Below are positions 21,268-31,677 of a stretch of DNA of 64,000 bases, piece after piece. This DNA is from an uncultured SAR86 cluster bacterium. GTDB taxonomy: Bacteria; Pseudomonadota; Gammaproteobacteria; Magnimaribacterales; Magnimaribacteraceae. The stretch spans positions 56,198 through 120,197 of the forward strand of contig CABYSI010000002.1 of the NCBI GenBank assembly GCA_902521635.1. Direction: 5' to 3'. Position numbers and translations under genes: made by a program. The notes under the pieces are model-generated. The model was given only the letters and a program-made list of their open reading frames with translations. It did not search any database and had not been told where the DNA came from. The first letter of the stretch is position 1; each line of letters begins with the position of its first letter.

Positions 21268-24267
21268 ATGAAAAATTCTATTTCATTCTTTTCAAGATCA
21301 TCTCTTAGCTTTGCATTGGTTGCTCTGCTAAGTTTTGGCTCTATTTTCTCAATTTCTGCAGATGATGATGAAGATTCTGCTGATACCGCTGAAGAAATTG
21401 TTGTAACAGGTTCAAGAATCAAGAGAACATCAAACTATGATTCTACTGGTCCTGTGGAAGTTTTTACTGCTCAACAAGTATTAGATGCAGGTAAGGTAAG
21501 TATCGGTGACTTCTTAATCGAACTTCCTTCCGCAAACTTAGCATCCAATCAGCGTTCAGTTAACAACGGCAATAGCGGAACAACAGAACTTAATCTGCGT
21601 GGGGCTGGTTCAGAAAGACTACTTACTTTGATTAATGGAAGAAGAGTAGCTCCTGCAGGTACAGGAACTGGCGGAGCAGTCGACTTACAAATTTTTCCTC
21701 TTGCTTTAATCGATTCAGTAGAAGTTTTAAAAGACGGAGCATCAGCCGTATACGGTTCTGATGCAATTTCCGGAGTTTTGAATATTAAGCTTAGGCAGTT
21801 TGAAGGTTTTGAGGCTTATATTAGTGAAGGCTCATCAGATAGAGGTGATGCAGATCAAAGTTTAATATCATTATCTTTTGGTACTGCTGGAGAAAGATCT
21901 AGTATGGTTGCAACTGTCTCTCAACAAACACAAGCTGGTTTAGATATGTGGGACAGAGATTTTTCGTTCTGCCCAAGAGTCGAACCAGATTACATGCTAT
22001 ATTTCCAAGCTTTTGGTATTCCTGGTCATGGCGCTACAGGTGAGAACTTATCTTCCACAGCTTCTTGTGGAGCATCAACTTTTATCCCTACCGGAAGATT
22101 CTTTACTAATGCTGGTTCAAAAACTTTATATGATGGTATAGGTCCTACAGGCGATGTATCGTCTTTCTCCTTTGCTACTTATTCTGGAAGAGAAGCTGGT
22201 GATCCTCAAAATAATAGGGGTATGTACAACTATAGTGAGTATATGCAATTGTTAGGAGAAAGAGAGAATAGACAAGCATGGGCAGCGGGTAACTTTGAAA
22301 CAGATAGCGGTGTTGTCTTAGATTATCAAATTGGAGTCTCAAGAAGAGAATCAGATCTAGTTATGGCCCCTGTTCCGATGGGATTAGGTGCTCAGGTAAC
22401 TTACGGTACACTAATACCAAAAGATAATCCTTTCATGCCTGCTTCAATTAGGGCTAATACATCTGATACAGGACTGCCCTATAGAAAAAGAATGTTGGAT
22501 GTTGGTCCTAGATTATTTAATCAAGAGTCTACAAATTACAGAGTAGAGTTCGGCGCTACTGGAACCCTTGATGCTTTAGGGGCAGATTGGGAAGCTTACT
22601 ATACTTACCAAAATTTCCATCAAGCACAGGTAACAAGAAATTATATTAATATGCTTGCCGTTCAAAATGCTTTTGAGACAGAAGCAGGACCGGGAGTTGA
22701 TGTAAATGGAACTCAATACAGATGTGCTGATCCAGTTGCTCGTAAACTAGGATGTGTTCCTTTGAATATGTTCGGTCCAAATAGTATAACTGCCGCTGCA
22801 GCTGACTACATAAGACAAAATGAAAAGAATACTTACGGTACTACCTATCAAGGATATGCATTCAACGTAACGAATATACCTGTTTATGAACTTCCAGCTG
22901 GAGAAATTTTGATGGCCGTAGGTTTAGAACAAACTGACTTATCTGGATATGAAACCGTTGATGGATTAACTGAAGCGGGTGGTTCATCAGGTAATCCAAG
23001 AAAATCAACAGATGGTAGTTATGATAGTAGAGATATATATTCAGAGATTTCCATTCCATTGATTGCTGACATTACGGGAATCCAGGAGTTTAATATCGAC
23101 TATGCTTACAGAAATACTTCATACAGTCAGTTTGACTCTGAGAGTGTTGAAAGACTAGCTATTAAGTGGAAGCCTATTGATGATTTAACATTCAGAATGA
23201 CTGATTCTACTTCTTACAAGGCACCAACTATCTCTGACTTATACTTCGGCGGTGGAGGTGGTTTCCCAACTTACATAGATCCTTGTGAGCAGAACCAATA
23301 TTCTACTTATTCAGATGCTCAAAAGGCCATTGCTCTCGCTCAGTGTTCCTCTGAAGGGATAGATGCTACAACTTTTAGTACTGAAAATAATCAAATCCTA
23401 TCATTATCAGTTGGTAATCCTAACCTGACTCCGGAAGAAGGTTCTAATACTACAATTGGTGTAGTTTGGGCTCCGACTAACATTGACTTTTTAGAAGCGG
23501 TTGACTTTAGAATGGCTGTGGACAAGTTTGAACTAGAGATAGAAAATGCTGTCGTTGGTTCAGGTGTAGCCGCAACTTTACAAGGGTGTTACTTATCTGG
23601 TAATTCAAATCAATGTAATCTTATTACAAGAGCTCCTGGTGGAGATATCATTTCGGTAGAAACCCAAAATGTTAATAGTTCTAGCGTAGATGTTTTCAAA
23701 GGAACTGATTATTCATTTAATCTAACTTTTGCTGATCTGCCAAGAATCGGGGGAAGTTTCGAAGTCGACGTAATAGGAACACATTTTGATGAAAATGTTA
23801 CCGTTTCTGCTTCTGGTATAAGTGATGATGCGGTCGGAAAATGTATTAATTTTGGAGAAGATTGTTTCAATAGAGACCGAATAAATCTTTCTCTGAGATG
23901 GTATAACGAAGACTGGTCAGTTGGATTGACTACGCGTTACTTAAGCAATATACCTCTTCAAGATGGTGTAGTTGATTACTTTAGTGTTGATGGCGGTGCT
24001 TATGGTGAAGGTACTTATACTCAAGAAGTTTTAGATCAAATCTATGACGTTTATTCTATACCTTCAATAACATACTCATATCTTAATATTGGTTATCAGG
24101 CATCTGATAGCGTAAGAGTATCTCTTGCGGTGAGTAATTTGTTTGATAAACAACCTCCTTATTATAAAGATTTCTTTGGTTTTGTTGATCCACAGATTCA
24201 AACACCTCAGAATACTTACGATATTATAGGAAGATACTTTCAACTCGGATTTAAATTAAGTCTTTAA
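21268..24267 (+). CDS. TonB-dependent receptor (TBDR3), probable peptide uptake
   Basis: EEIVVTGSRI, NLRGAG, EVLKDGASAVYGSDAISGVLN, GNPNLTPEE, YDIIGRYF. Start at ATG 21268 after AGGGG. Confidence 0.93.
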   Translation: MKNSISFFSRSSLSFALVALLSFGSIFSISADDDEDSADTAEEIVVTGSRIKRTSNYDSTGPVEVFTAQQVLDAGKVSIGDFLIELPSANLASNQRSVNNGNSGTTELNLRGAGSERLLTLINGRRVAPAGTGTGGAVDLQIFPLALIDSVEVLKDGASAVYGSDAISGVLNIKLRQFEGFEAYISEGSSDRGDADQSLISLSFGTAGERSSMVATVSQQTQAGLDMWDRDFSFCPRVEPDYMLYFQAFGIPGHGATGENLSSTASCGASTFIPTGRFFTNAGSKTLYDGIGPTGDVSSFSFATYSGREAGDPQNNRGMYNYSEYMQLLGERENRQAWAAGNFETDSGVVLDYQIGVSRRESDLVMAPVPMGLGAQVTYGTLIPKDNPFMPASIRANTSDTGLPYRKRMLDVGPRLFNQESTNYRVEFGATGTLDALGADWEAYYTYQNFHQAQVTRNYINMLAVQNAFETEAGPGVDVNGTQYRCADPVARKLGCVPLNMFGPNSITAAAADYIRQNEKNTYGTTYQGYAFNVTNIPVYELPAGEILMAVGLEQTDLSGYETVDGLTEAGGSSGNPRKSTDGSYDSRDIYSEISIPLIADITGIQEFNIDYAYRNTSYSQFDSESVERLAIKWKPIDDLTFRMTDSTSYKAPTISDLYFGGGGGFPTYIDPCEQNQYSTYSDAQKAIALAQCSSEGIDATTFSTENNQILSLSVGNPNLTPEEGSNTTIGVVWAPTNIDFLEAVDFRMAVDKFELEIENAVVGSGVAATLQGCYLSGNSNQCNLITRAPGGDIISVETQNVNSSSVDVFKGTDYSFNLTFADLPRIGGSFEVDVIGTHFDENVTVSASGISDDAVGKCINFGEDCFNRDRINLSLRWYNEDWSVGLTTRYLSNIPLQDGVVDYFSVDGGAYGEGTYTQEVLDQIYDVYSIPSITYSYLNIGYQASDSVRVSLAVSNLFDKQPPYYKDFFGFVDPQIQTPQNTYDIIGRYFQLGFKLSL

Positions 24268-24282
24268 TATAAATAGAGAGTT

Positions 24283-24317
24283 CAAAAAGGGTTGCTATTG
24301 CAACCCTTTTTGTTTTT
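24283..24317 (+). terminator. Intrinsic terminator after TBDR3
   Basis: CAAAAAGGGTTGC-TATT-GCAACCCTTTTTG followed by a T-run. Confidence 0.85.
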
Positions 24318-24327
24318 AAATTATTAA

Positions 24328-24804
24328 ATGAAGAATCAACTTATAATAATCTTTTTGATACATTCTGGTTTTATAATTTCTGACATTAAGGAGTGTACGA
24401 AGATAGAAAATGATATAAATAGACTAAGTTGTTTTGATAGCTACTTTTCAACAAATAATGATCTCAAGATAGGTAAAGAATTTACCCAAAACGATGATCT
24501 TGCAATAGACACCTTTGATGAAGAGTATGAGAAAAGGAATTTTGGTCTTCCTAGTAATGTAAGGAAAACTGAAGGCACTGAGGAGTTAAAGATAACTTCA
24601 AAAATAGAGAGTGTTTCCCAAAGGCTTAATTTACAATTACTTATAATTCTAGAAAATGGTCAAATTTGGCAATCTGTTGAAAAGATAAGAGATATAAAAA
24701 TTCGAGATGGTTATGAGGTCGAAATACAAGAGGGTTTCTTTAGTGGATACACTCTTAAGGTTCTTGGAAAAAAAATAAAACTCAGAGTAAGGAGAAAAAA
24801 TTAA
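24328..24804 (+). CDS. Hypothetical exported protein with CxxxxxxxxRLxCxD motif
   Basis: Hydrophobic N-terminus, CTKIENDINRLSCFD, C-terminal LENGQIWQ...GFFSGY beta-rich region. Confidence 0.75.
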   Translation: MKNQLIIIFLIHSGFIISDIKECTKIENDINRLSCFDSYFSTNNDLKIGKEFTQNDDLAIDTFDEEYEKRNFGLPSNVRKTEGTEELKITSKIESVSQRLNLQLLIILENGQIWQSVEKIRDIKIRDGYEVEIQEGFFSGYTLKVLGKKIKLRVRRKN

Positions 24805-24810
24805 TAAACC

Positions 24811-26823
24811 ATGACATTATTTAAGCAGAGTTTCATTTTAATATTATTTTGCATATTTAATTTTATTGATGCCAACGAAAACATCAAAAGTTTTTCTAAC
24901 CTTCCAGATATATATGACATAAAAATATCTCCAAATGGAAAGTTGATCGGTGTCCACAGAAAAGTAAATGATGAGTTGGTACTATCTATCATTGATTTGA
25001 ACTCCAAAGAGTTGATCTATAATCATAGATTCGTTAAGAAAGGAGAGATTGGTGCTTTTGAATGGCTTTCGGACGAAAGACTTCTGATGTCAAAAGTAAC
25101 AACTATTCCAACTAGAAATAGTAGATTCCAAACAGGAGAGCTTTACGCTGTTAACATAGACGGAAAGAAATCTATTATGCTTACTGGAAGACAGGCTAAA
25201 AGGTCTAGCAACACGGTTAAGGATGATCCAAAGCAACCAGCTACACTTATTGATCTTTTGCCTGACGAACCTAACAAGATAATGGTTCAATTCTTCACCT
25301 CTGATCAGTTCTGGAGATTATATAAAATAAATATTTTTAATGGTGATATCGAAAGGTATGCAGTCCCTCCAGTAAAACAGCCTTTTTATCAATTCGATGC
25401 AAACGGACAACTAATTGCTGTATCAGGAGTAGATAAAGACACATTCGACTTACAAATTTACCTATATAATAAAAATATACCTACAGATTTTTTTGTAGGG
25501 AATCCTTGTCAAGGCTCCGCTGTAGATTGTATTGAAGTAGTTGGAAAAAAACCTGGTTCTAAATCTAAAAATCCCAATTGGACATTCTGGAAAGAAGATT
25601 CTTGGGACAGCAGACTAGAATTAATCTCTTATCAAAAAGATGAAAGAAAACTAATTACAGTAGAAAACCTTGGTAATGATTTATCTGGAATTTACGAAAC
25701 AAATTTAAAAACAGGTAAAAGAAATTTAATATATAGACATACAACAGTTGATGTAGGTTCTGTATTAACTGATGATAAAGGAAGGGTATATGCGGCTAGT
25801 TTTATGGATGGATATCCTTCATTGGTATTCTTTAAGGGAGAGAGTGAAGAAAAGGATAGATTAAAATATGTCAAAGGATTGTTCCCGGATAGTCTCATCT
25901 TACCTTCAAATATAAGTGATGATGAAACAAAACAAACTTTTCTCGTCTCTTCCGATATTAACCCAGGAATCTATTATTTAGTTGATAGTGAAAATGAAGA
26001 AGTCGTGCCTCTTGGTAGGTATTGGAGCAGTATTGACTATTCAAATTTATCTCCAATGGAACCAATATCTTTCATATCTCGTGATGGTACAGAGATATAC
26101 GGATATTTAACAAGAAGTAGAAAGGGTAGCTCGTATGATTCTCCTACAATTGTCCATCCACACGGAGGTCCAGAAGGCATAAGAGATAGGTGGGGGTTTG
26201 ATCACAGAATACAAATGTTGGCTTCTGAAGGATTCAATGTTCTTCAAATTAATTTTAGAGGTTCTGGAGGTTATGGATTGGATTATCAAAGATATATAGC
26301 AGCTAACTGGGATGGTGTCCTAGAAGATCTTTTTGATGGAATGGAATATTTACATGCAAAAGGAGAGATTAACAAGACTAACTCATGTATTTATGGAGGA
26401 AGTTATGGTGGTTATGCCGCCATCCAAAGCGCAATTCTTAGACCGGATCTATTTAAATGCTCAGTTAGTGATGTAGGTGTATATGATATTGGAAATTTAT
26501 TCAATACTGGTGATATTCAAGATTCAAGAGGTGGTAAGGCTCAGCTGGTAAAAAGGCTAGGTGATAATGAGGACAGACATAAAGAAATGTCTCCTCAATA
26601 TAATGCTGATAAATTGAAAGTTCCATTCTTTATGATTCATGGCAAAAAGGATATTAGAGCCCCATATGAGGATGCTGTAAAATTTTCAAAAACTCTCACA
26701 AAACTAGGTATACAACATGAAACCCTTTTTATAGATAAAGAAGGTCATGGGTACTCTGATGAATCTGTAAGATACGAAAGTAATCTTAAGTTAATCAACT
26801 TCTTCAAAGATAATTTAAATTAG
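24811..26823 (+). CDS. S9 family (prolyl oligopeptidase/acylaminoacyl) peptidase, exported
   Basis: Signal peptide, HPHGGP, NFRGSGGYG, GGSYGG (Ser), HGKKD (Asp), EGHG (His). Confidence 0.93.
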   Translation: MTLFKQSFILILFCIFNFIDANENIKSFSNLPDIYDIKISPNGKLIGVHRKVNDELVLSIIDLNSKELIYNHRFVKKGEIGAFEWLSDERLLMSKVTTIPTRNSRFQTGELYAVNIDGKKSIMLTGRQAKRSSNTVKDDPKQPATLIDLLPDEPNKIMVQFFTSDQFWRLYKINIFNGDIERYAVPPVKQPFYQFDANGQLIAVSGVDKDTFDLQIYLYNKNIPTDFFVGNPCQGSAVDCIEVVGKKPGSKSKNPNWTFWKEDSWDSRLELISYQKDERKLITVENLGNDLSGIYETNLKTGKRNLIYRHTTVDVGSVLTDDKGRVYAASFMDGYPSLVFFKGESEEKDRLKYVKGLFPDSLILPSNISDDETKQTFLVSSDINPGIYYLVDSENEEVVPLGRYWSSIDYSNLSPMEPISFISRDGTEIYGYLTRSRKGSSYDSPTIVHPHGGPEGIRDRWGFDHRIQMLASEGFNVLQINFRGSGGYGLDYQRYIAANWDGVLEDLFDGMEYLHAKGEINKTNSCIYGGSYGGYAAIQSAILRPDLFKCSVSDVGVYDIGNLFNTGDIQDSRGGKAQLVKRLGDNEDRHKEMSPQYNADKLKVPFFMIHGKKDIRAPYEDAVKFSKTLTKLGIQHETLFIDKEGHGYSDESVRYESNLKLINFFKDNLN

Positions 26824-26825
26824 AT

Positions 26826-28427
26826 ATGAATTTAATAAAAATATTCTTACTAGCAACGAGCTTGCTTATCGCATCTTGTGGAAATGATATTACTCCCGTT
26901 GAACAATCTTTAAACTCAAAAATATTATATTTAGGGAATGGTACTGAACCAAAAGATTTAGATCCTCATACAGTCACAGGAGTCCCAGAAAGCAAAATAT
27001 TAATGGCACTTTTAGAGGGGCTTGTTATAAGAAATCCTGATGGTTCTGCACCAATTCCAGGAGTTGCCAAGAGCTGGACTATCTCAGATGATGGCAGAGA
27101 ATATATCTTTTCGCTTCGAGATGCCCTATGGTCAAATGGTGACCCTGTAACAGCATATGATTTTGTATATTCTTGGAAACGAGTATTAATGCCATCATTG
27201 GGCTCTAAATATCCTGATATGTTATTTGACGTTGTAAATGCAGAGGAATTTAACAAAGGTCTTATAGGAGATTTTAACCAAGTTGGTGTGAAAGCAGTCA
27301 ATGAAAAAACCTTGCAAGTTAATTTGAAAAATCCCGCTCCATATTTTATTGAGTTATTGGCTCACTATACGACAAGACCTGTACATAAAAATACTATTGA
27401 GAAATTTGGTGATATAGATACTTTGGGTAATCAGTGGACCAGGCCTGGAAATTTTGTTGGTAATGGTCCTTTTACTCTAGAGGAATGGAAACTAAATCAG
27501 GTGATCAAAGTAAAAAAAAGTGAAAATTATTGGGATGCAAAAAGAGTCAAATTAAATGAGATTCATTTTTTACCTATTGATAATGTAACCAGAGAAGATT
27601 TCATGTTTAGGTCAGGCAGATTACATATCACAGGTTCTGTTCCAACTGAGAAGATAGAAGTTTATAAGAATGAAAATCCCGAGCTCATCAATATAACTCC
27701 TTACTATGGAACTTATTACTATAGATTAAATATAAATAAAAAGCCGCTAGATCAAAAATTAGTCCGTAAAGCTTTATCTTTAGCCATAGATCGCAAAAAA
27801 ATAACCGATAAAGTTGCTAAAGGGGGACAAACACCTGCTTATTCATTTACTCCTCCAGACCCAAATGCTTACAATCCACCTACGCGTCTTGATTTTAATC
27901 CAGAAAAGGCTAAGAAATTAATGAGGGAGGCAGGTTTCGAAGGTAACAACTTACCAACTATTGAACTCTTATATAACACTAGCGAAGGACATCAAAAGAT
28001 TGCTGAGGCATTGCAACAAATGTGGAAGCAAACACTGGGTATTGATATTGTCCTTACAAATACGGATTGGAAAGTCTATTTGGATAAGCAAAATAACGGT
28101 GATTATGAAATAGCGAGGGCAGGGTGGATTGGCGATTATCAAGATCCAAAAACATTTTTAGACATGATGGTTTCGGGAAGAGGAAACAATCAAACCGGTT
28201 GGTCTAATACTGATTATGATGAATATTTAGTATCAGCCGCTAATTCAACTTCTCAAGCTGAAAGATTTTCTTACATGTATGAAGCTGAAAAAATCCTAAT
28301 GGATGAGCTTCCTATTATTCCAATATATACATACACGAGAATCTTCATGAAGCACCCAAGTGTAAAAGGATGGAATCCAAATTTACTTGATTCTCATGCT
28401 TACCAATTTATTTCTATAGAAAATTAG
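26826..28427 (+). CDS. oppA: Oligopeptide ABC substrate-binding lipoprotein
   Basis: Lipobox LIAS-C, EPKDLDP, WSNGDPVTAYDF, GNGPF, RAGWIGDY. Confidence 0.9.
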   Translation: MNLIKIFLLATSLLIASCGNDITPVEQSLNSKILYLGNGTEPKDLDPHTVTGVPESKILMALLEGLVIRNPDGSAPIPGVAKSWTISDDGREYIFSLRDALWSNGDPVTAYDFVYSWKRVLMPSLGSKYPDMLFDVVNAEEFNKGLIGDFNQVGVKAVNEKTLQVNLKNPAPYFIELLAHYTTRPVHKNTIEKFGDIDTLGNQWTRPGNFVGNGPFTLEEWKLNQVIKVKKSENYWDAKRVKLNEIHFLPIDNVTREDFMFRSGRLHITGSVPTEKIEVYKNENPELINITPYYGTYYYRLNINKKPLDQKLVRKALSLAIDRKKITDKVAKGGQTPAYSFTPPDPNAYNPPTRLDFNPEKAKKLMREAGFEGNNLPTIELLYNTSEGHQKIAEALQQMWKQTLGIDIVLTNTDWKVYLDKQNNGDYEIARAGWIGDYQDPKTFLDMMVSGRGNNQTGWSNTDYDEYLVSAANSTSQAERFSYMYEAEKILMDELPIIPIYTYTRIFMKHPSVKGWNPNLLDSHAYQFISIEN

Positions 28428-28434
28428 CTTCATC

Positions 28435-29352
28435 ATGCTCAATTTAATATTCAGGAGGATTGCTATTGCGGTACCTGTTCTTCTGGTTGTAATAACTTTA
28501 ACATTCTTAATGGTTCACTCAGCTCCAGGAGGTCCTTTCGATGAGGAAAAGGCAGTATCTGAAGAGGTTTTAGCAAAACTCAATGAACGTTATAATTTGG
28601 ACAAGCCTCTACTCGATCAGTATTTTGACTATCTGTCAGGTGTAGTGACCGGAGATTTTGGACCCTCTTTTCGTTATCCAGGAAGATCAGTTACTGAATT
28701 AATATCTATCGGGTTACCTATAACCTTCGAGCTCGCTCTTTACTCAATATTATTTGCATTATGTTTTGGTCTTTTGGCAGGAGTTTTGGGAGCATTAAAA
28801 CCTAATACTTATTTAGATTATATTCCAATGTCGACCGCGATGATCGGCATATGTATTCCTTCAATTATATTAGGTCCAACGTTGATACTGATATTTGGAA
28901 TATGGCTAGAGTGGGTTCCGGTTTCAGGTTGGGGTTATATGCCTGGTGATAAAATTCTACCCATACTTACCTTAGGAACTGCTTACGCAGCTTATTGCGC
29001 CAGATTAACTAGAGGAGGTATGTTGGAGATTCTCAATCAGGATTTTATCAGGACCGCCAGAGCTAAAGGCCTTTCTGAAAAAAGGGTTATAGTTGTTCAT
29101 GCCTTGAGGGGAGGACTAACACCAGTAGTTGCTTTTCTAGGTCCCGCAATGGCTGGACTTTTAGCTGGATCTTTTGTTGTAGAAACAATATTCGGAATTC
29201 CTGGGCTCGGAAGATTCTATGTTGAGGCTGCTTTCAATAGAGACTATACAATGATCCTTGGCTCCTCTATCTTCTTCTCATTTTTGATAATTTCCTTTAA
29301 CTTAATTTCAGATCTTGTAGCAGCTGGTCTAAACCCTAAATTGAGAGATTGA
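28435..29352 (+). CDS. oppB: Oligopeptide ABC permease
   Basis: APGGPF, GDFGPS, RTARAKGL (EAA loop), VVETIFGIPGLG, NRDY. Confidence 0.92.
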   Translation: MLNLIFRRIAIAVPVLLVVITLTFLMVHSAPGGPFDEEKAVSEEVLAKLNERYNLDKPLLDQYFDYLSGVVTGDFGPSFRYPGRSVTELISIGLPITFELALYSILFALCFGLLAGVLGALKPNTYLDYIPMSTAMIGICIPSIILGPTLILIFGIWLEWVPVSGWGYMPGDKILPILTLGTAYAAYCARLTRGGMLEILNQDFIRTARAKGLSEKRVIVVHALRGGLTPVVAFLGPAMAGLLAGSFVVETIFGIPGLGRFYVEAAFNRDYTMILGSSIFFSFLIISFNLISDLVAAGLNPKLRD

Positions 29353-30201
29353 ATGAATAACTCTTTGTGGAAAGATGCTTTAAATAGGCTTACTTCAAAT
29401 AAGTTATCTTTATATAGCTGTATTTATATTGTTTTAATAATCTTCTTGGCACTCATAACACCTCTCATAGCGCCATATGATTATGCTTATCAAGATTTAG
29501 ATCTTGGGCCTTCTGGACCTTCTGCACAACATTTATTAGGCACAGATACTCTTGGGAGAGACTTATTAACACGGATGCTATACGGCAGTCGAATTTCTCT
29601 ATTAGTTGGTTTTCTTGCGACACTGGTTGCATTGTCAATAGGAGTTATTTGGGGAACTATTGCAGGTTTTTCAGGAGGGAAAATTGATACGATCATGATG
29701 AGGATTGTGGATGTTCTTTATGGAATTCCATTTATTATATTTGTTATTCTTTTAATGGTCATATTTGGAAGAAATCTCATTCTTCTCTTCATGGCCATTG
29801 GAGCGGTTGAATGGCTAACAATGGCTAGAATAGTGCGCAGCCAGGTTATGACGCTTAGCAAACAAGAGTTTATATTGTCCGCTAGGGCAATGGGAGTAAG
29901 TAAAGCTGGAATTATATTTAGACACCTTATACCCAATTCAATAGGTCCAGTAATTGTTTATGCAACATTGACCGTACCTCAGATTATGTTGCTCGAAGCA
30001 TTTTTAAGCTTCTTAGGTTTAGGCGTACAAGCTCCATTGAGTTCTTGGGGTCTCTTAATCCGTGACGGTGCTGTATCTATGGAGGAATATTGGTGGTTGT
30101 TAATTTTTCCTTCTATGGCTTTTTCTCTTACCCTATTTTCACTGAACTTTATTGGAGATGGCTTGCGAGATGCCTTGGATCCACGAACTGCAGATAGCTA
30201 A
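29353..30201 (+). CDS. oppC: Oligopeptide ABC permease
   Basis: LGTDTLGRD, RHLIPN, EAFLSFLGLG, GDGLRDALDP. Confidence 0.92.
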   Translation: MNNSLWKDALNRLTSNKLSLYSCIYIVLIIFLALITPLIAPYDYAYQDLDLGPSGPSAQHLLGTDTLGRDLLTRMLYGSRISLLVGFLATLVALSIGVIWGTIAGFSGGKIDTIMMRIVDVLYGIPFIIFVILLMVIFGRNLILLFMAIGAVEWLTMARIVRSQVMTLSKQEFILSARAMGVSKAGIIFRHLIPNSIGPVIVYATLTVPQIMLLEAFLSFLGLGVQAPLSSWGLLIRDGAVSMEEYWWLLIFPSMAFSLTLFSLNFIGDGLRDALDPRTADS

Positions 30202-31676
30202 AGAAGCAGTTTTAGAACTTGTCCAGGAAAAATTTTTGAGACATCTTCTATCTCGTTCCATTCCTGTATATCTTTCGAGGTGATTTCAAACTTAGACGCT
30301 ATCCTACTTATAGTATCTCCCGATTTAACTGGATATAACATTGTACGTAAGTCTCTTGAAGGTAACTCTTGTCTTATTCTTTCATAACGCGAAAATATTT
30401 TAATTTCTTGATTAATCTGTAGAGGCACTTCGATATCTAAATCATTCCATAAGACCACATCTTCAATAGATACTTTAAATTTCTTGGATATATTCCAAAG
30501 TGAATCTCCGCCAATAACTATATAGACTTGTTCTCTTGGATTTTGTTTTCCAGCCCACGCAGATCCTCTTGGGACCATTATTTCCTTGCCTGCAATAATT
30601 AAGTCAGACGATAATCCATTAATCTCCATTAGAACAGCAACTTCTATTTTATATCTTGACGCAATTTTATAAAGGTTATCACCTCTTCTAATTTTATAAC
30701 GGTCCCATCTAACCAAATCATTTAGATCTAAAGATTCCAACTGAGTTATAAATCTATCTGATACTCCAATAGGTAAAAGCAGATAGTGCGGCCCACTAGG
30801 ATCAGTTGCCCACTGATTAAAGCCAGGATTCAATTCATAAATTGTCTCGGGTTTTAGGCCTGCTAGGTCAGCAGCTTGCATCAAGTCTAATTGTCCTGGA
30901 ATTTTGACTCTTTCAAAATACGGTCTATTGGCGATGCTTGGTAAATTCACATCAAATGCTTTCGGATCCTTAATCAACTCGCAAAGAACCAGTAACTTTG
31001 GAACGTAAGCTGTTGTTTCTTTTGGAAGATTTAAATCCCAAAATCTTATAGGTTTGTCCTCTCTTTTATTTTTTCTTATTGCTCTATTAACTCTAGTAGG
31101 TCCAGTGTTATAAGCTGCCATTGCAAGCAACCAATCTCCATCAAATTTTTCATTTAGATAGGTCAGAAATTGTAAAGCAGCTTCAGTTGATGCGAGCACA
31201 TCCTTTTTTCCGTCATACCACCAATTACTTTTTAATCCCCATTCTTTTCCTGTCGCTGGCATAAATTGCCAAATACCTGTAGCTCCATCAACTGATTTAG
31301 CGTACGGATCAAATTCACTTTCAACAAAAGGCAATAAAGCCAATTCTACAGGCAGGCCTAATTCTTGTGCCCTAGTTAGTGTATGAAAGAGGTATCTTTG
31401 CCCTGATTTACTTATTCTGTTGACTGCAGTTTGGTTACTATAGAGCCTTTCTCTATATAGGCTTGTAGCAGCAATTTGGTCATCTGGGATAGTTATAGAC
31501 AGTTCTAACCTAATTCTTTCCCAAATATCAAAAGGAGCTTCCTCAGATTTTATTTCAATAATATTGGTATCGGAAATCATTTTAGATTCAGCAGCAGATT
31601 TAACTGAATTATTATTTGCTGCAGAAGCGCAGCTGTTAAAAACTATCAAACTAATGGCAAAGAAGATTCTATACAT
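30198..31676 (-). CDS. mltD: Lytic murein transglycosylase D with LysM domains
   Basis: LLPFVES (catalytic Glu), GIWQFMPATG, AAYNTG, three LysM repeats, downstream of gloB. Confidence 0.92.
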   Translation of the reverse strand: MYRIFFAISLIVFNSCASAANNNSVKSAAESKMISDTNIIEIKSEEAPFDIWERIRLELSITIPDDQIAATSLYRERLYSNQTAVNRISKSGQRYLFHTLTRAQELGLPVELALLPFVESEFDPYAKSVDGATGIWQFMPATGKEWGLKSNWWYDGKKDVLASTEAALQFLTYLNEKFDGDWLLAMAAYNTGPTRVNRAIRKNKREDKPIRFWDLNLPKETTAYVPKLLVLCELIKDPKAFDVNLPSIANRPYFERVKIPGQLDLMQAADLAGLKPETIYELNPGFNQWATDPSGPHYLLLPIGVSDRFITQLESLDLNDLVRWDRYKIRRGDNLYKIASRYKIEVAVLMEINGLSSDLIIAGKEIMVPRGSAWAGKQNPREQVYIVIGGDSLWNISKKFKVSIEDVVLWNDLDIEVPLQINQEIKIFSRYERIRQELPSRDLRTMLYPVKSGDTISRIASKFEITSKDIQEWNEIEDVSKIFPGQVLKLLL

Positions 31677-31677
31677 T

